IMG/VR virus record: IMGVR_UViG_3300042398_000969
Coordinates: 64,001-128,000 of that record
Strand: one strand, 5' to 3'
DNA from: a virus
Length of the DNA stretch: 64,000 nucleotides
Position 1 is the stretch's first letter, and each line of letters begins with the position of its first letter. Both the position numbers and the translations under genes were made by a program. This document shows positions 49,085-60,129 of this stretch, one piece after another. A model generated the notes under the pieces. It was not told the DNA's origin. It did not search any database and worked only from the letters and a program-made list of their open reading frames with translations.

Positions 49085-49687
49085 TTATTCTGTTTCTTTT
49101 AACATATTAATGTAACCAATCACACAACATGCAGCATCTGCCATGTCATAATTTTCTTTTTTAAGGGCTCCGGTTTTGCCATATAACCAATTAACATCCG
49201 GACAAACCGCATTTACGTGTTCCCAAATAACATGTTTTTTATCTATGTCTTTTGGGTATCCACCAAATAGAACATTGCGTCCCTTGTCATTTGAACCCAC
49301 TAAATCGGGAAATGCATATTTTCTTGAATTATATGTTGAGATGAATGTAGGAACAATACCTAGAATATCATAGACAGCTTTGCAGATCATTGTATTGTAA
49401 CGCAATAATGTGCCAACCGTATAAACGTTATTAGAGTTCAATAATGGCTCTTCAATAATAACCTTAACGATACCCATATCTCTGTATCCTTCTAGTTGTT
49501 TTTGGAAAGCAATCGCTTTTTTGATTAACTCTTCTAGTTTGTCTTCTGGTTGTGGTTTAATCTTTGGTGAAAAATGTGTTAATTCTAACAATTTCTTACC
49601 AGTTAAATCAAATAGAGCCCACCCAATAGTTTTGGTTGAAATATCCAAGCCTAATATCTTGGATTTGTTTTTAAATTTTACATCCAT
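49085..49687 (-). CDS. RuvC-like Holliday junction resolvase
   Basis: LGLDIS...GW, IIEEP, DMADA acidic catalytic motifs. Confidence 0.82.
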   Translation of the reverse strand: MDVKFKNKSKILGLDISTKTIGWALFDLTGKKLLELTHFSPKIKPQPEDKLEELIKKAIAFQKQLEGYRDMGIVKVIIEEPLLNSNNVYTVGTLLRYNTMICKAVYDILGIVPTFISTYNSRKYAFPDLVGSNDKGRNVLFGGYPKDIDKKHVIWEHVNAVCPDVNWLYGKTGALKKENYDMADAACCVIGYINMLKETE

Positions 49688-49726
49688 AAATCAATTATAT
49701 GGAAAAATAAAATTATTGTAAAGTCT

Positions 49727-51865
49727 TTAGAAGTCTAATCTAACAGAAAATACCTGATTTCCAATTCTTTGGATTGGTTTAGGACATTTAGCCATTACTA
49801 TGGGTTCCTTATTGTCATTTAATAAAGCCACTTCGGTAATTCTTTTTTGTTGTCCTGTAACATAAGTAGGGTTCTGTGTTGTAATAAATTGTGAAGATGG
49901 TAAGTTTACCATGAAATTTAACACCTGAACATCCGTTGCTCTTGTTAGTTTAATGCTACCTGGGAATGGTTGTTGATCACCAAATTGTGGCGATGTTGTT
50001 TGTGTTTTATCTGGTAAAGAACCTAAATATGTTTCAAGATTATATGTTGACGCACCATTTACCATATCGCCGGTAACAACAAATTGGTAACCACACATAT
50101 TTGTGTTAGAAATAAGATTTCCAACAGTATGGCCAGATATTTGTGATGTTAAATCAATTCGCTTCCAGTTGTTTGGTGAAGGTTGTGATCCAGTTGTTGT
50201 TACTTGAACTAACGCAAAAAACTTATTAGCAGTAAATCCAGTAAATTGAGAAGATGAACTTAAAAATTTAAATTCACCAGTATTAAACTTGAAGCCAATA
50301 TTTGAATTGGTTGATCCTGTTATCTCACCATAATAGTTACAGTGCATGCCGGTGATACCAGTTGTTGATGTATTTTGGAACATATATGTTACCCAAGCTG
50401 TTTGTCCTGTTGTGATTACCGGATCTAAATCATAGAAAGTTGGTAAGTCCAAAGGTACAGTACTAAATCTTGGTGCAGGTAATGTCCATTTTCTATTTGT
50501 TTTATATTCTAATGCCGCAACTAATTCTTGATCATCAAAAACAATAATTTTTTTGTCAACAAAAACTTTACCGACATTAACGCCTTGTTGATCAACTAGG
50601 TATCTAAACTTAAGGTTGTTTGAGTTTGGTTTAACGTTTAAAGCGGATGATACATAATAATCAGTTGTCCCCATAGTAAATACTGCTCCAATTGTAGAGC
50701 CTGTGTTTCTATGATATAATAAAAATGGGATATAAACTTCGAAGTATTCCGAGTCAGAAATTGGTTCTCCATATAATGTTTCGTTATCAATTGTACCATG
50801 AGCAATATAGTCATCATACTTATAAAATCTTTCTGGATCATTTACAATATCACCTAATTCAGAATAATGAATAACAGCAATTGCTCTTTGGTTAGCTGGT
50901 TTAACATCAACTTTTTCACCAAATGTGTTTGTATATGATGTTGGGTTAGTTATTGTACCACCAGTTGTATTTGTAAATGTTTGGCCAGTATTTGATGTAT
51001 AACCAAGATATTCTTTTAATGATGCAAATTGAGATCCAGTATAACCTGAAATATATTCATCATCATCTGTTGTGTCTAAACCAGCTGGTTCTTGTGTCCA
51101 AACTAGTTCTAATTGCCAAGGATCATGTTGTGCTAAATTATCTGGTTGGAGTGGTGAACAAACATCAGCAACTTCGGTGTCTTGTGGGTAATCTAATTTA
51201 CATTTATTACATACCACACGAACAATTCCGGTATTTTGTGCAGAAAAATCTGGCATATTTCTATCTAAAGTGATTGTTTGCCCACTAATACTTACAATTT
51301 TATAAACTAAACTTTGTGAATTTCCGCTTATTGTCTTTTCTGAACCAACAAAATCTGATTTAAAAACTAAAGTAATATATTGACAATTTGAAAAATCATT
51401 TGTTGTTGCTCCCGTCATTAATGATGTTAATAAATCTTTACCACCATTAACTCTATTAAGAAGTATTGCACCAGATACACATTCAACTGTTGATCCAGTA
51501 CATGGATCAGCAACATATGGAATAAATTCTGAAACAAATCCCGCTGGTCCCATTGGGTTTTTTAATGTGTCAACATATGATTGTTGTGCAGCATTACCAA
51601 AATTAATTGTCTCATTAGCATTAATTAAATATGGGTACTTAACATGTTGATCACCATCAACAGGAGATAATACTCTTTGATGTGGTGCTCTCGTGCCACC
51701 CGTTATTGCTCCTGTAAATCCACTGAATTTTGTGTTATAGTCAAATTCAGAATCTCCGATCTGAAAATATTTTATAATAAAATTACCTTCAGCAATAGAT
51801 TGTCTACCTCTTCTTGTTATTCTTGCGGATAAAAACTCTGAATTATTACTATTTAAAAAGCTCAT
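49727..51865 (-). CDS. Baseplate/tail structural protein
   Basis: ITRRGR...YFQIGDSE.DY start; ITEVAL.ND.....MAK..KPI.R...VRLDF end, typical of baseplate/fibre-collar proteins. Confidence 0.65.
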   Translation of the reverse strand: MSFLNSNNSEFLSARITRRGRQSIAEGNFIIKYFQIGDSEFDYNTKFSGFTGAITGGTRAPHQRVLSPVDGDQHVKYPYLINANETINFGNAAQQSYVDTLKNPMGPAGFVSEFIPYVADPCTGSTVECVSGAILLNRVNGGKDLLTSLMTGATTNDFSNCQYITLVFKSDFVGSEKTISGNSQSLVYKIVSISGQTITLDRNMPDFSAQNTGIVRVVCNKCKLDYPQDTEVADVCSPLQPDNLAQHDPWQLELVWTQEPAGLDTTDDDEYISGYTGSQFASLKEYLGYTSNTGQTFTNTTGGTITNPTSYTNTFGEKVDVKPANQRAIAVIHYSELGDIVNDPERFYKYDDYIAHGTIDNETLYGEPISDSEYFEVYIPFLLYHRNTGSTIGAVFTMGTTDYYVSSALNVKPNSNNLKFRYLVDQQGVNVGKVFVDKKIIVFDDQELVAALEYKTNRKWTLPAPRFSTVPLDLPTFYDLDPVITTGQTAWVTYMFQNTSTTGITGMHCNYYGEITGSTNSNIGFKFNTGEFKFLSSSSQFTGFTANKFFALVQVTTTGSQPSPNNWKRIDLTSQISGHTVGNLISNTNMCGYQFVVTGDMVNGASTYNLETYLGSLPDKTQTTSPQFGDQQPFPGSIKLTRATDVQVLNFMVNLPSSQFITTQNPTYVTGQQKRITEVALLNDNKEPIVMAKCPKPIQRIGNQVFSVRLDF

Positions 51866-51882
51866 ATTTTATATCATTAATT

Positions 51883-53067
51883 TTATGTTAAACCACCACT
51901 ACCACTACCACCGCCTCCGGCACAATTTCTTAATGCTGTTGATATTATATATCCATCGGTATCAATTTGTATTGCGTTAAATTGTCCATCATTTAGTGTG
52001 TTTATATTGTCTGTTGCTACAGCATACCATAAATTAAAACCATTAAATGGTTCATAATTTGTATTCGCATACACCCTAGTATATGAAATTGCAGCAGGTA
52101 GTGTTGCTCCAGTACTGAACCATCCTGCTGATGTCTGATAGCCAGGGCTAGAACAGAATGTATCTATAGATGATTGACCACCGCTCCTAAAATACCCATA
52201 AAGTGGTGGTGATGTTGGGGTTGGCGTTGGTGTAGCCGTTGGTGATGGAACCCCAAGACATTGAATACCAACCTCCCAGAAATCATTTACTTCATTAGGC
52301 GGAGCTAAGGCCGGAGCTGTTAATACATCAATATAATATGTTTTAGTATTATCATATGTGATTGATAATGTTATTGGCCCCATTGCTGTTGGATACCAAT
52401 AATCCTGTGAATTATATCCAGATGAATTACCAAACCATCCCGTACTTTCAAGAACTGTTAAAGATGTTCTAATTGAAATATTATTTGGTCTATCATTTGC
52501 AGTACATGTGAAATTAATTATTGAACCATTTGCTACTCCGGCAAAGTTTAATTGAATGTCATCATAGTTGTTCATTGTTGAGCCAGTGAACGTTCCCGAA
52601 ACTGTAGAACCACAACCAGGTAATGCTGTTGGTGTTGGTGTTGCTGTCGGTGTTATTGGTGTAGCAGTTGGTGTCACCGGTGTTGCTGTCGGTGTTACTG
52701 GTGTAGCAGTTGGTGGTACTGGTGTAGCAGTTGGTGGTACTGGTGTGGCAGTTGGACCAGGACCTGCTGTTGCTGTCGGTGCTGGAGTTGCTGTAGGTGC
52801 TGGTGTTGCTGTTGGACCAGGGAACCCAGTAACTTGTATATTTTGAGTGGTACCACTACAAGCCCCAACAGGTTCTACTTTAAGCCACGTTTTACCATCA
52901 GTTATTCCTGTTATTGTATAAGTTGGGTTAAATAATGACACTGCCACATTACCATAATTTGTTAAAGCAATGCAATTGGTATTGTTACCTTCACATTCAT
53001 AGAATTTAACAGATGTTATACCTAAACCTATTGTTGGACCTAATCTTACTGATGCTATATATGCCAT
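51883..53067 (-). CDS. PT-linker virion adhesin-like protein
   Basis: ~80-aa N-domain, PTATP repeats, two beta domains, PFNG..WY..QID.DG tip. Confidence 0.65.
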   Translation of the reverse strand: MAYIASVRLGPTIGLGITSVKFYECEGNNTNCIALTNYGNVAVSLFNPTYTITGITDGKTWLKVEPVGACSGTTQNIQVTGFPGPTATPAPTATPAPTATAGPGPTATPVPPTATPVPPTATPVTPTATPVTPTATPITPTATPTPTALPGCGSTVSGTFTGSTMNNYDDIQLNFAGVANGSIINFTCTANDRPNNISIRTSLTVLESTGWFGNSSGYNSQDYWYPTAMGPITLSITYDNTKTYYIDVLTAPALAPPNEVNDFWEVGIQCLGVPSPTATPTPTPTSPPLYGYFRSGGQSSIDTFCSSPGYQTSAGWFSTGATLPAAISYTRVYANTNYEPFNGFNLWYAVATDNINTLNDGQFNAIQIDTDGYIISTALRNCAGGGGSGSGGLT

Positions 53068-53091
53068 ATGTTATAAATATTCTTATTTAAT

Positions 53092-53736
53092 TTAACGATT
53101 AGTGTTATTTAGAAAATAGTTCTTATCGTTTGACAAAAACTCATTAACGCTAAATGTTGTTATTGTTTCCGAGTTTGGGTTATTTTGAACTTTATTTATC
53201 ATTTTTTCGGTATGTCTACCGTTTATACCATAATTTCCTTGAACCAAGTAATCACCCAATAAAATAAAATTTGGATCATTTCTTAAATCCTTCTCTTCAA
53301 AATCATCATTAATTTGTTTTTTACTATAACCAATTTTTTTATGAATTATATTATCAGGTTTAAACTCGTTTTCAACCATTTCGTCATATATTAAATTTGA
53401 TGGCCTTTGTTCATACCACGTAACATCGACTAAAAGATTATATTCATTTAACCCCATATTCATTATAAAATTTAAATCATTTTCAATTTTTAAATCTGTA
53501 TGGTTTCCACCAACAATACACATATCCAAATCCCACGTGTTGTTAAAGTCAAATAAAACTCCACCCATTAAGTACATATCATATTCTTTTATAATCATTG
53601 ATTTAACATATAAATTAAATAAAAAATCATAAACTTTTTGATATGACGGTCTTGTCCAATGACTTGTTGTTGTTACAACCCCTCTTTGAAAAAAAATACT
53701 ATCTTTTAAATTTGCTACTTTATTAAATGTGCTCAT
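53092..53736 (-). CDS. Putative Pol-beta-superfamily nucleotidyltransferase
   Basis: LMGG-x9-DLD plus third Asp (LVDV). Confidence 0.5.
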   Translation of the reverse strand: MSTFNKVANLKDSIFFQRGVVTTTSHWTRPSYQKVYDFLFNLYVKSMIIKEYDMYLMGGVLFDFNNTWDLDMCIVGGNHTDLKIENDLNFIMNMGLNEYNLLVDVTWYEQRPSNLIYDEMVENEFKPDNIIHKKIGYSKKQINDDFEEKDLRNDPNFILLGDYLVQGNYGINGRHTEKMINKVQNNPNSETITTFSVNEFLSNDKNYFLNNTNR

Positions 53737-53747
53737 AATTTATATTT

Positions 53748-55280
53748 TTAACCACTATATCCTCCGGAACCTCCTCCAGAACCTCCTCCAGAACCTCCAC
53801 TGTCTGGAACTGGTGTTGCAGTTGGACTCGGTGTTGATCCATCGCAAGGTGAACATCCTGTATCTAATATAGTAAATACCGGTGTACTATAAACAACCGA
53901 TTTATAGTTATCTTTTGCAATTACCTTCCAACAGAATGTGTTTAAGAACGAATCGTTAACTCTAAACGTACCATTAATTCCAATTGTTGGTAATGTATCG
54001 GACCATACTGTTACACTATAGGATGCATTATCACATCTCACACCATCCATTTTATATTTTTTTGGCGTTGCATTACAACTTGAACAATCACCATATCCTT
54101 GGAACATTGGTTGACCTAAAACAAACGGTCCAGAATCTGTAATTTGATATCCATCAAAACCTTCACTTGGGTCTGTAATTACAAATTGTGGTCCTAGATT
54201 TTTATTAATGGTCATACATCTTGGATTCCCAGCAACAACGCCGTTTTCATATAATTGTATTCCATATGTTCTACCGGTGGTCATACCTAATAGCGAATAT
54301 GCTATAATATTTTCACCCGTATCACAAGTTACACCGCTATATCCAGTTATTGTGAAACCAGTAAATGGCGGGTCACAAGCAGCACAAGGATTTGCACCAG
54401 CTACTGGTGAAACACCATCTAAATTATATGTATAACCCGTAACATATTGTGTTTGGACTGCAATGATAGATAAACATGAATTACCAACTTGATATACCGT
54501 TCCTTCTGTTAACTGTGTTGAACTTCTTGCTATTGCCACGCCACCATAATTTTGACCAAAACCACAAGGATCTAGTGGATTTGAAAGTACGTATGATGTC
54601 GATGCTGGATTTTGCATTGATAATGTTCCAATATTTGCTAAAGTATCACAACCAGGTATTTGTATTGGTGCACTAAATCCAGTTGCAGTTATTGCTGTAT
54701 ATGAATATCTCATATCATTACAGTCGCCCATTGCGTAATAATAATATGATGGATCAATAACAACATTTGTTGTTGGTGTTGGTGTTGGTGTTGATGTTGG
54801 TATCACTGTCGTTGCTGTTGGTGTAGGAGTTGCTGTTGGGTTAGGTGTTGGCGTTGGGCCAATAACAACAGTCGCTGAACCACCAGAGAAATCGCAATTA
54901 GGTGTAGGGCTAGGTGTTGGACTAGGTGTTGGTGTTGGTGCAATATATACTGCGCTACCAACATTAGGAAAATAACAATAATTTATACAGTTATCATAAA
55001 CTTCAGCCTCATTCGTATATATATTTTCTATAACGTAATTAACATCACCGGTATCTCCAGTATATGTTAATTTAAACCAATATTGTGTATCAAAAGATGC
55101 GTCTGTAAAAATAATAGGATTTGTGTTATAGTCTCTACTTGAACTATTAGGATACAAAGAACCATAAGACGTGTATCCTGTTGCTATAACAGAGTCATCA
55201 CCAGCAGTTTTACCTGTTTTATATGATAAGGTAAAAGCTTTAGGTGAATTAATTCCATATAATCTTATGTTTAATCCCAT
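53748..55280 (-). CDS. PT-linker, Cys-rich virion protein
   Basis: PT tracts, CxF strands, CxxC-terminated small domains. Confidence 0.65.
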   Translation of the reverse strand: MGLNIRLYGINSPKAFTLSYKTGKTAGDDSVIATGYTSYGSLYPNSSSRDYNTNPIIFTDASFDTQYWFKLTYTGDTGDVNYVIENIYTNEAEVYDNCINYCYFPNVGSAVYIAPTPTPSPTPSPTPNCDFSGGSATVVIGPTPTPNPTATPTPTATTVIPTSTPTPTPTTNVVIDPSYYYYAMGDCNDMRYSYTAITATGFSAPIQIPGCDTLANIGTLSMQNPASTSYVLSNPLDPCGFGQNYGGVAIARSSTQLTEGTVYQVGNSCLSIIAVQTQYVTGYTYNLDGVSPVAGANPCAACDPPFTGFTITGYSGVTCDTGENIIAYSLLGMTTGRTYGIQLYENGVVAGNPRCMTINKNLGPQFVITDPSEGFDGYQITDSGPFVLGQPMFQGYGDCSSCNATPKKYKMDGVRCDNASYSVTVWSDTLPTIGINGTFRVNDSFLNTFCWKVIAKDNYKSVVYSTPVFTILDTGCSPCDGSTPSPTATPVPDSGGSGGGSGGGSGGYSG

Positions 55281-55285
55281 ATTAC

Positions 55286-55293
55286 TATAAATA
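55286..55293 (-). promoter_or_regulatory. Putative late promoter TATTTATA
   Basis: Between terminator and ATG 55280. Confidence 0.6.
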
Positions 55294-55304
55294 CAATAAT
55301 TAAA

Positions 55305-55341
55305 AATTTAAATAAAAAACCCCTTTAAATAAAGGGGTTTT
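55305..55341 (-). terminator. Intrinsic terminator
   Basis: aaaacccctt/aaggggtttt inverted repeat, U-rich tail on minus strand. Confidence 0.72.
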
Positions 55342-55373
55342 AATAATATTAAATTTAACCTTTTTTTAATTTA

Positions 55374-55949
55374 TTAGACTATCACACCGCCACCACAAGT
55401 GTTATCTACATTACATTGGTTCATTACTGACTGAGCAACACCATTTAAACCTATTTGGAACATATATCCAGAAGTGTGATAATACCAACCAGCACTTGCA
55501 TAATTTGAAGGTGATGCTATATTTTGTGTATACATAGTACCCTGTAATGATGTTAGATTATTTAAATTAGCTTCAGTTATATAGAATGTAGTATATGATT
55601 GTAAGTTATTGTAACCTGAACACGCATTAGTACAGTCTTGGTATGGACCTTGTGCTTGCATTCCCGTTAATGCTACACCAGACTCTGTTGCTGTTGGCGT
55701 AGGTGTTGGTGTCGGAGGAGCCACAGACCAAGACTGAGTTGTTGAGCATGTTCCAGTACTAGCTATTGTACCACCCGTTAATGTTTCAAGCGTTGTGTTT
55801 ATTGTATAACCTGTTGTTAATTGTGATTTGGTAACACCAGTGGCCAACCAGTGTGCTGCTCCAGCGCTAGTTGTACCTGAAATATTAAAAGGACCAGCAA
55901 CAAATGTTGCGCCTGTATAACTTGGACTTAGTGTGAATGTAATTTGCAT
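55374..55949 (-). CDS. PT-linker two-domain virion protein
   Basis: AGPFNI..A.GVT.SQL..G N-domain; PT linker; GWYY..FQI..NG.....C tip. Confidence 0.65.
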   Translation of the reverse strand: MQITFTLSPSYTGATFVAGPFNISGTTSAGAAHWLATGVTKSQLTTGYTINTTLETLTGGTIASTGTCSTTQSWSVAPPTPTPTPTATESGVALTGMQAQGPYQDCTNACSGYNNLQSYTTFYITEANLNNLTSLQGTMYTQNIASPSNYASAGWYYHTSGYMFQIGLNGVAQSVMNQCNVDNTCGGGVIV

Positions 55950-55994
55950 TGTTCTTCTTTTTTAATATAAATATCTGTTTATTTTGTTTTTTTT

Positions 55995-58900
55995 TTATAC
56001 TTGTGCACCACCGCCGCCACCAAGACAATCATTACATGATGTCCATACACTTGAATATGATCCATCCGTTAAATGTGTCGCCTCTTGATCACATGTAGTA
56101 CCAACATAATAATCTACTTGTAAGCACACATTATTTACTTTAACAGCTTTAGTTCCACCTAAGAATGCACTAACCAATAAATCTGGTGATGTCATATATC
56201 CAACTAGATTATTTGAACAATTAATTACTTGATATTTGTAATATGATGCTGGTTCAGGTATCGCTGTTATACCACTGTTTACCACACAACCATTTGCGTC
56301 TGTAACCTCTAAACAATACCCATATGTTGTTAAATTATCTACATTGAATGTTGTACCAAAAGTTGATGTGCTATATGTTCCAACTAAAGTTCCACCACAT
56401 GTTGTATATGGTGAACTTGTGTCAGCATATAATCTATATGTTTTAGGGAATACACCACCACTTGATGTTAATTCTAAAACACCTGAGCTTGGTGAAGCAC
56501 ATGTTGGGTATGTAATAATTGTTAACGACGCAGATTGTGCCGTTGGTTGGCTAATTCCTTGACCATATGATGCCACACAATTATTACCATCTTTAACAGA
56601 TATTGTATACGTATCTGATATTAAATTATTAAATATCTTTGGAGGATAATAATAATTGTAACCATCAATTGAAACTTGTCTAGGTGATGTTCCGCCAACT
56701 AATGTTGTCACTTCAATAAAACCATTTGAACCACCATAACAAGAAACATTACCAACATCCACTATTCCAAGCGCTGGTGTAGATACTGTTAAGTTATATG
56801 ATACAATTGCAAAACAACTATTATTATCTAAAACTTGTATTGAATGATTACCACTTGGTAAGTTATTAAAAGTATGTGAAAATTTAAATGCTGTTAACGC
56901 TGAATATGAACCACCATTACTACTAATACAAAATTTATATCCTGAAGCATTTGGTGTTCCACCGCTACCCTGAATTGTTAATGATCCATTTGTTGAATTG
57001 TAACAAGTTGGAAAAGATGCACTAGTAATAGTGCCAGCCACCGCTGACGGTATAGTTACGGTTGCTGAATATGATTGTTCACAACCGGCACCATCTTTAA
57101 TAAAAATACTATATGTACCGCCACCTAATGATGAATAAGTTACTGGTAAGTTTGCATATGTTCCACCAGAGCCAAGTTTTGCTTGATAACCAGACCCAGA
57201 TCCTCCAGATCCACTAGAAACACCAATGGTGCCTGTTCCCGCATTACAATCTGGATTTGTAACAGATATTGTTGCATTCGGAGCTGATTTGGATAATAAC
57301 ACATAATCTATGGCCACACAACCATTACTGTCTTTAGCATATAAAGTATATAATCCTGTACCTAAACTACTAAAAGTTCCGCTGGCTTGATAATTTGAAC
57401 CATCTCTTGAATATGTAAAACCACCCACACCGCCTGAACCTGAAGCTGTTATTGAACCATTTGTACCATTCCAACATGTTGGATTTGTACCAGATACTGA
57501 TATAGATACCGCACTTGGTTGTGTTACTGTTTGATTATATGTTTGAACACAACCCGCGCCGTCTTTAATATATATTGTGTATGTTCCCGCAGATAATGGG
57601 TTGGAGTATGTAACTGGTAAATTTGCATAAGTTCCACCTACTCCGTTTTTAGCTTGGTATCCTGAACCACTTCCTCCAGTTCCATCACTAACCGTGATTG
57701 CACCTGTTCCACCACCATTACAAGCTACATTTGTAATTGAAAAAGTTGCATTAGGTGCTGATTTAGATAAAGTTGTTGCCGCTGAAGTTACACAGTCATT
57801 TGCATCCTTAATATAAATTGTTTTAGTCCCAACGGTTTGCCCAGTAAATGTTGCACTAGATTGATATGTTAAACCATCTGAAGAATATGTGTATGGTGAT
57901 GTACCACCTGTAGGAGATGCTGTAACGCTACCATCACTACCATTATAACATGTTGGATTTGTTGATGAAGATATTGAACCAAAAAGTTGTGTTGGCTCTG
58001 TTATTGTTACAGAATATGTTCTAGAACAAGCAGATTGATCAATAACAGTTACTGTGTATGTTCCAGCAGTTGGTACACCAAACGTTGCTGGTAAATTCTG
58101 ATATTGAAATGCACCATAATTTACTTTTGCTTGATATGTTCCACCGTTACCACCACTACCATTTGAAATTGTTATTGAACCGCCTCCATTTTGATAACAT
58201 GGTAAATTTGTTTGTGAAATAGTTGCACTTACTTGTGTTTTATTTAAACCGGTTGTATTTGTTCTAATACATCCACTAGCATCTTTAACATATGTGGTAT
58301 ATGTACCATTTGTTAAACCTGTAAATGTTAAACCAGATTGATAATTTGAACCATCTATTGAATATGTATATGGCGAAACACCACCACTTACACTAGATAA
58401 TGTTATTGAACCGTTTGAATTACCATTACAAGTTGGTTCTGTACCTGTAGCAGTGAAACTAATAATTGCAGGTTCTGTTATCGTTAATGATGTTAATTGA
58501 CCAACTTCATTATTTGAATCTTTAACATATAATGAATATGTTTGTGCTGTTAAACCTGTAAATACGTTACTTGATTGATAGGTAGTACCATTTATTGAAT
58601 ATGTATAACTACCTGAACCACCACTTGGACTAGTTATTGTTATTGTACCATTAGATCCTCCATTACATGTAACATTTGTTGAAGATCTAGATGCTGTTAT
58701 AACAACATTGGTTATATTGATAGTTATAACCACATCAAAATATAAACCTAAAGCATCAGTTGATCTAACTTTAATTAGATATGTACTTTTTGTTTCATAA
58801 TCAAATACTACTTTAGATTTTAAAACATTTCCAGCAATAGTAAAACTAGTATAATCTGGATATGATGAAGTATCTACAAATGAATATGTAAAAGTATCAC

Positions 58901-60122
58901 CCGCATCAGGATCTGCTGTTGAAAAAGTACCAATTGTTGTACCAGTTGCAACATTTTCAGATATTGAAGATGATGATAAATCAATTCCTGTTGGAGCCTC
59001 ATTAACACTAGTTACGGTAACTGAAACAAGACCATCATATGTTAATCCACCAGCATCTGTTGTTCTTATATTTAATAGATACGAACTTTTTGTTTCAACA
59101 TCGAAAACTTCTTTTGATGTTAATTGACCGCCAGAACTTAAATTAAAACTATTATTGTCTGGATATGAACCAGTATTAACAAATGAATATGTAAATGTAT
59201 CACCGGCATCTGGATCTAACGTTGATAGTGTACCAGCGTTTGTACCAATTCCACTATTCTCAGGTATTGTGCCAGATATGCTAATACCAAATGGTGCTTC
59301 ATTTACGTTATCAATATAAATTGTAAATTGTTTATCAAAGAATTGACCAACACTATCGGTAGTACGAATTGCCACTGTATATGAAGTTCCTGTTTCATAG
59401 TTAAATAATATTGAGTTAACTAAAGTATTACCACTAGTAGTGAAAGGTGCAGAATTTACTATAGAATATGTATGGGCATCATTACTATCACTTGACGCTG
59501 TTGCTAAATAACCAATCACCGTACCAATAGCTGAATTTTCGTTTATTCTATCATAACTTAATGAAAGATCTGTTGGTGCATAATTAACTGTTGTATCAAT
59601 TAAAAATAAACAATTAGGTGTTGAAGTTGGACTCGGTGTTGGCGTCGCTGTTGATGTCGGTGATGGTGTTGGTGTAGGTGTGGCGGTTGAACTCGGTGTT
59701 GGAGTTGGTGTTGCTGTTATAATATTTGTATCTATTCCAAAATCACAATTAGGTGTTGGAGTAGGACTAGGTGTAGGACTAGGACTTGGAGTTGGACTTG
59801 GAGTTGGACTTGGTGATGGACTTGGAGTTGGTGTTGGACTCGTTGTTGGAGTTGGTGTAGGTAATATAGTTTCATCAATATTTGATTGACATTCTGCAAT
59901 AACCCTAGCATTTGTATTGTATACAATTATTTTAGTTGCACTATCTGGTACACTAACGTGTAAACCTAAATTTGATATTAATTCAGTGCGTGTAACACCA
60001 CTAGCAAGAAATGATGTATCAAAATTGGTTGCAAGATTTGCAGCGTTAACTTGGTCATAATAAACATTATAAGGACCCGCGTCAGTACCAGAAACAATCT
60101 TTACATAAAACTTCTTTGCCAT
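55995..60122 (-). CDS. Large adhesin-like protein: PT linkers, three cadherin domains, SprB-like repeats
   Basis: [29 protein letters not shown] (cadherin); C..GS.G.I....SGG..PYTYS..G...F..L..G.Y...KD..GC (SprB). Confidence 0.8.
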   Translation of the reverse strand: MAKKFYVKIVSGTDAGPYNVYYDQVNAANLATNFDTSFLASGVTRTELISNLGLHVSVPDSATKIIVYNTNARVIAECQSNIDETILPTPTPTTSPTPTPSPSPSPTPSPTPSPSPTPSPTPTPNCDFGIDTNIITATPTPTPSSTATPTPTPSPTSTATPTPSPTSTPNCLFLIDTTVNYAPTDLSLSYDRINENSAIGTVIGYLATASSDSNDAHTYSIVNSAPFTTSGNTLVNSILFNYETGTSYTVAIRTTDSVGQFFDKQFTIYIDNVNEAPFGISISGTIPENSGIGTNAGTLSTLDPDAGDTFTYSFVNTGSYPDNNSFNLSSGGQLTSKEVFDVETKSSYLLNIRTTDAGGLTYDGLVSVTVTSVNEAPTGIDLSSSSISENVATGTTIGTFSTADPDAGDTFTYSFVDTSSYPDYTSFTIAGNVLKSKVVFDYETKSTYLIKVRSTDALGLYFDVVITINITNVVITASRSSTNVTCNGGSNGTITITSPSGGSGSYTYSINGTTYQSSNVFTGLTAQTYSLYVKDSNNEVGQLTSLTITEPAIISFTATGTEPTCNGNSNGSITLSSVSGGVSPYTYSIDGSNYQSGLTFTGLTNGTYTTYVKDASGCIRTNTTGLNKTQVSATISQTNLPCYQNGGGSITISNGSGGNGGTYQAKVNYGAFQYQNLPATFGVPTAGTYTVTVIDQSACSRTYSVTITEPTQLFGSISSSTNPTCYNGSDGSVTASPTGGTSPYTYSSDGLTYQSSATFTGQTVGTKTIYIKDANDCVTSAATTLSKSAPNATFSITNVACNGGGTGAITVSDGTGGSGSGYQAKNGVGGTYANLPVTYSNPLSAGTYTIYIKDGAGCVQTYNQTVTQPSAVSISVSGTNPTCWNGTNGSITASGSGGVGGFTYSRDGSNYQASGTFSSLGTGLYTLYAKDSNGCVAIDYVLLSKSAPNATISVTNPDCNAGTGTIGVSSGSGGSGSGYQAKLGSGGTYANLPVTYSSLGGGTYSIFIKDGAGCEQSYSATVTIPSAVAGTITSASFPTCYNSTNGSLTIQGSGGTPNASGYKFCISSNGGSYSALTAFKFSHTFNNLPSGNHSIQVLDNNSCFAIVSYNLTVSTPALGIVDVGNVSCYGGSNGFIEVTTLVGGTSPRQVSIDGYNYYYPPKIFNNLISDTYTISVKDGNNCVASYGQGISQPTAQSASLTIITYPTCASPSSGVLELTSSGGVFPKTYRLYADTSSPYTTCGGTLVGTYSTSTFGTTFNVDNLTTYGYCLEVTDANGCVVNSGITAIPEPASYYKYQVINCSNNLVGYMTSPDLLVSAFLGGTKAVKVNNVCLQVDYYVGTTCDQEATHLTDGSYSSVWTSCNDCLGGGGGAQV

Positions 60123-60129
60123 CTATAAT

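Noticed and set aside
49085-49687. RuvC domain as TnpB/Cas12/IscB
   Set aside because: Only 200 aa with compact resolvase motif spacing; no zinc finger or REC/WED region
2424-55973. TATAAATA as T4-type late promoters firing on the plus strand
   Set aside because: They lie upstream of minus-strand starts and flip for the plus-strand operon; there are no plus-strand genes for them to serve
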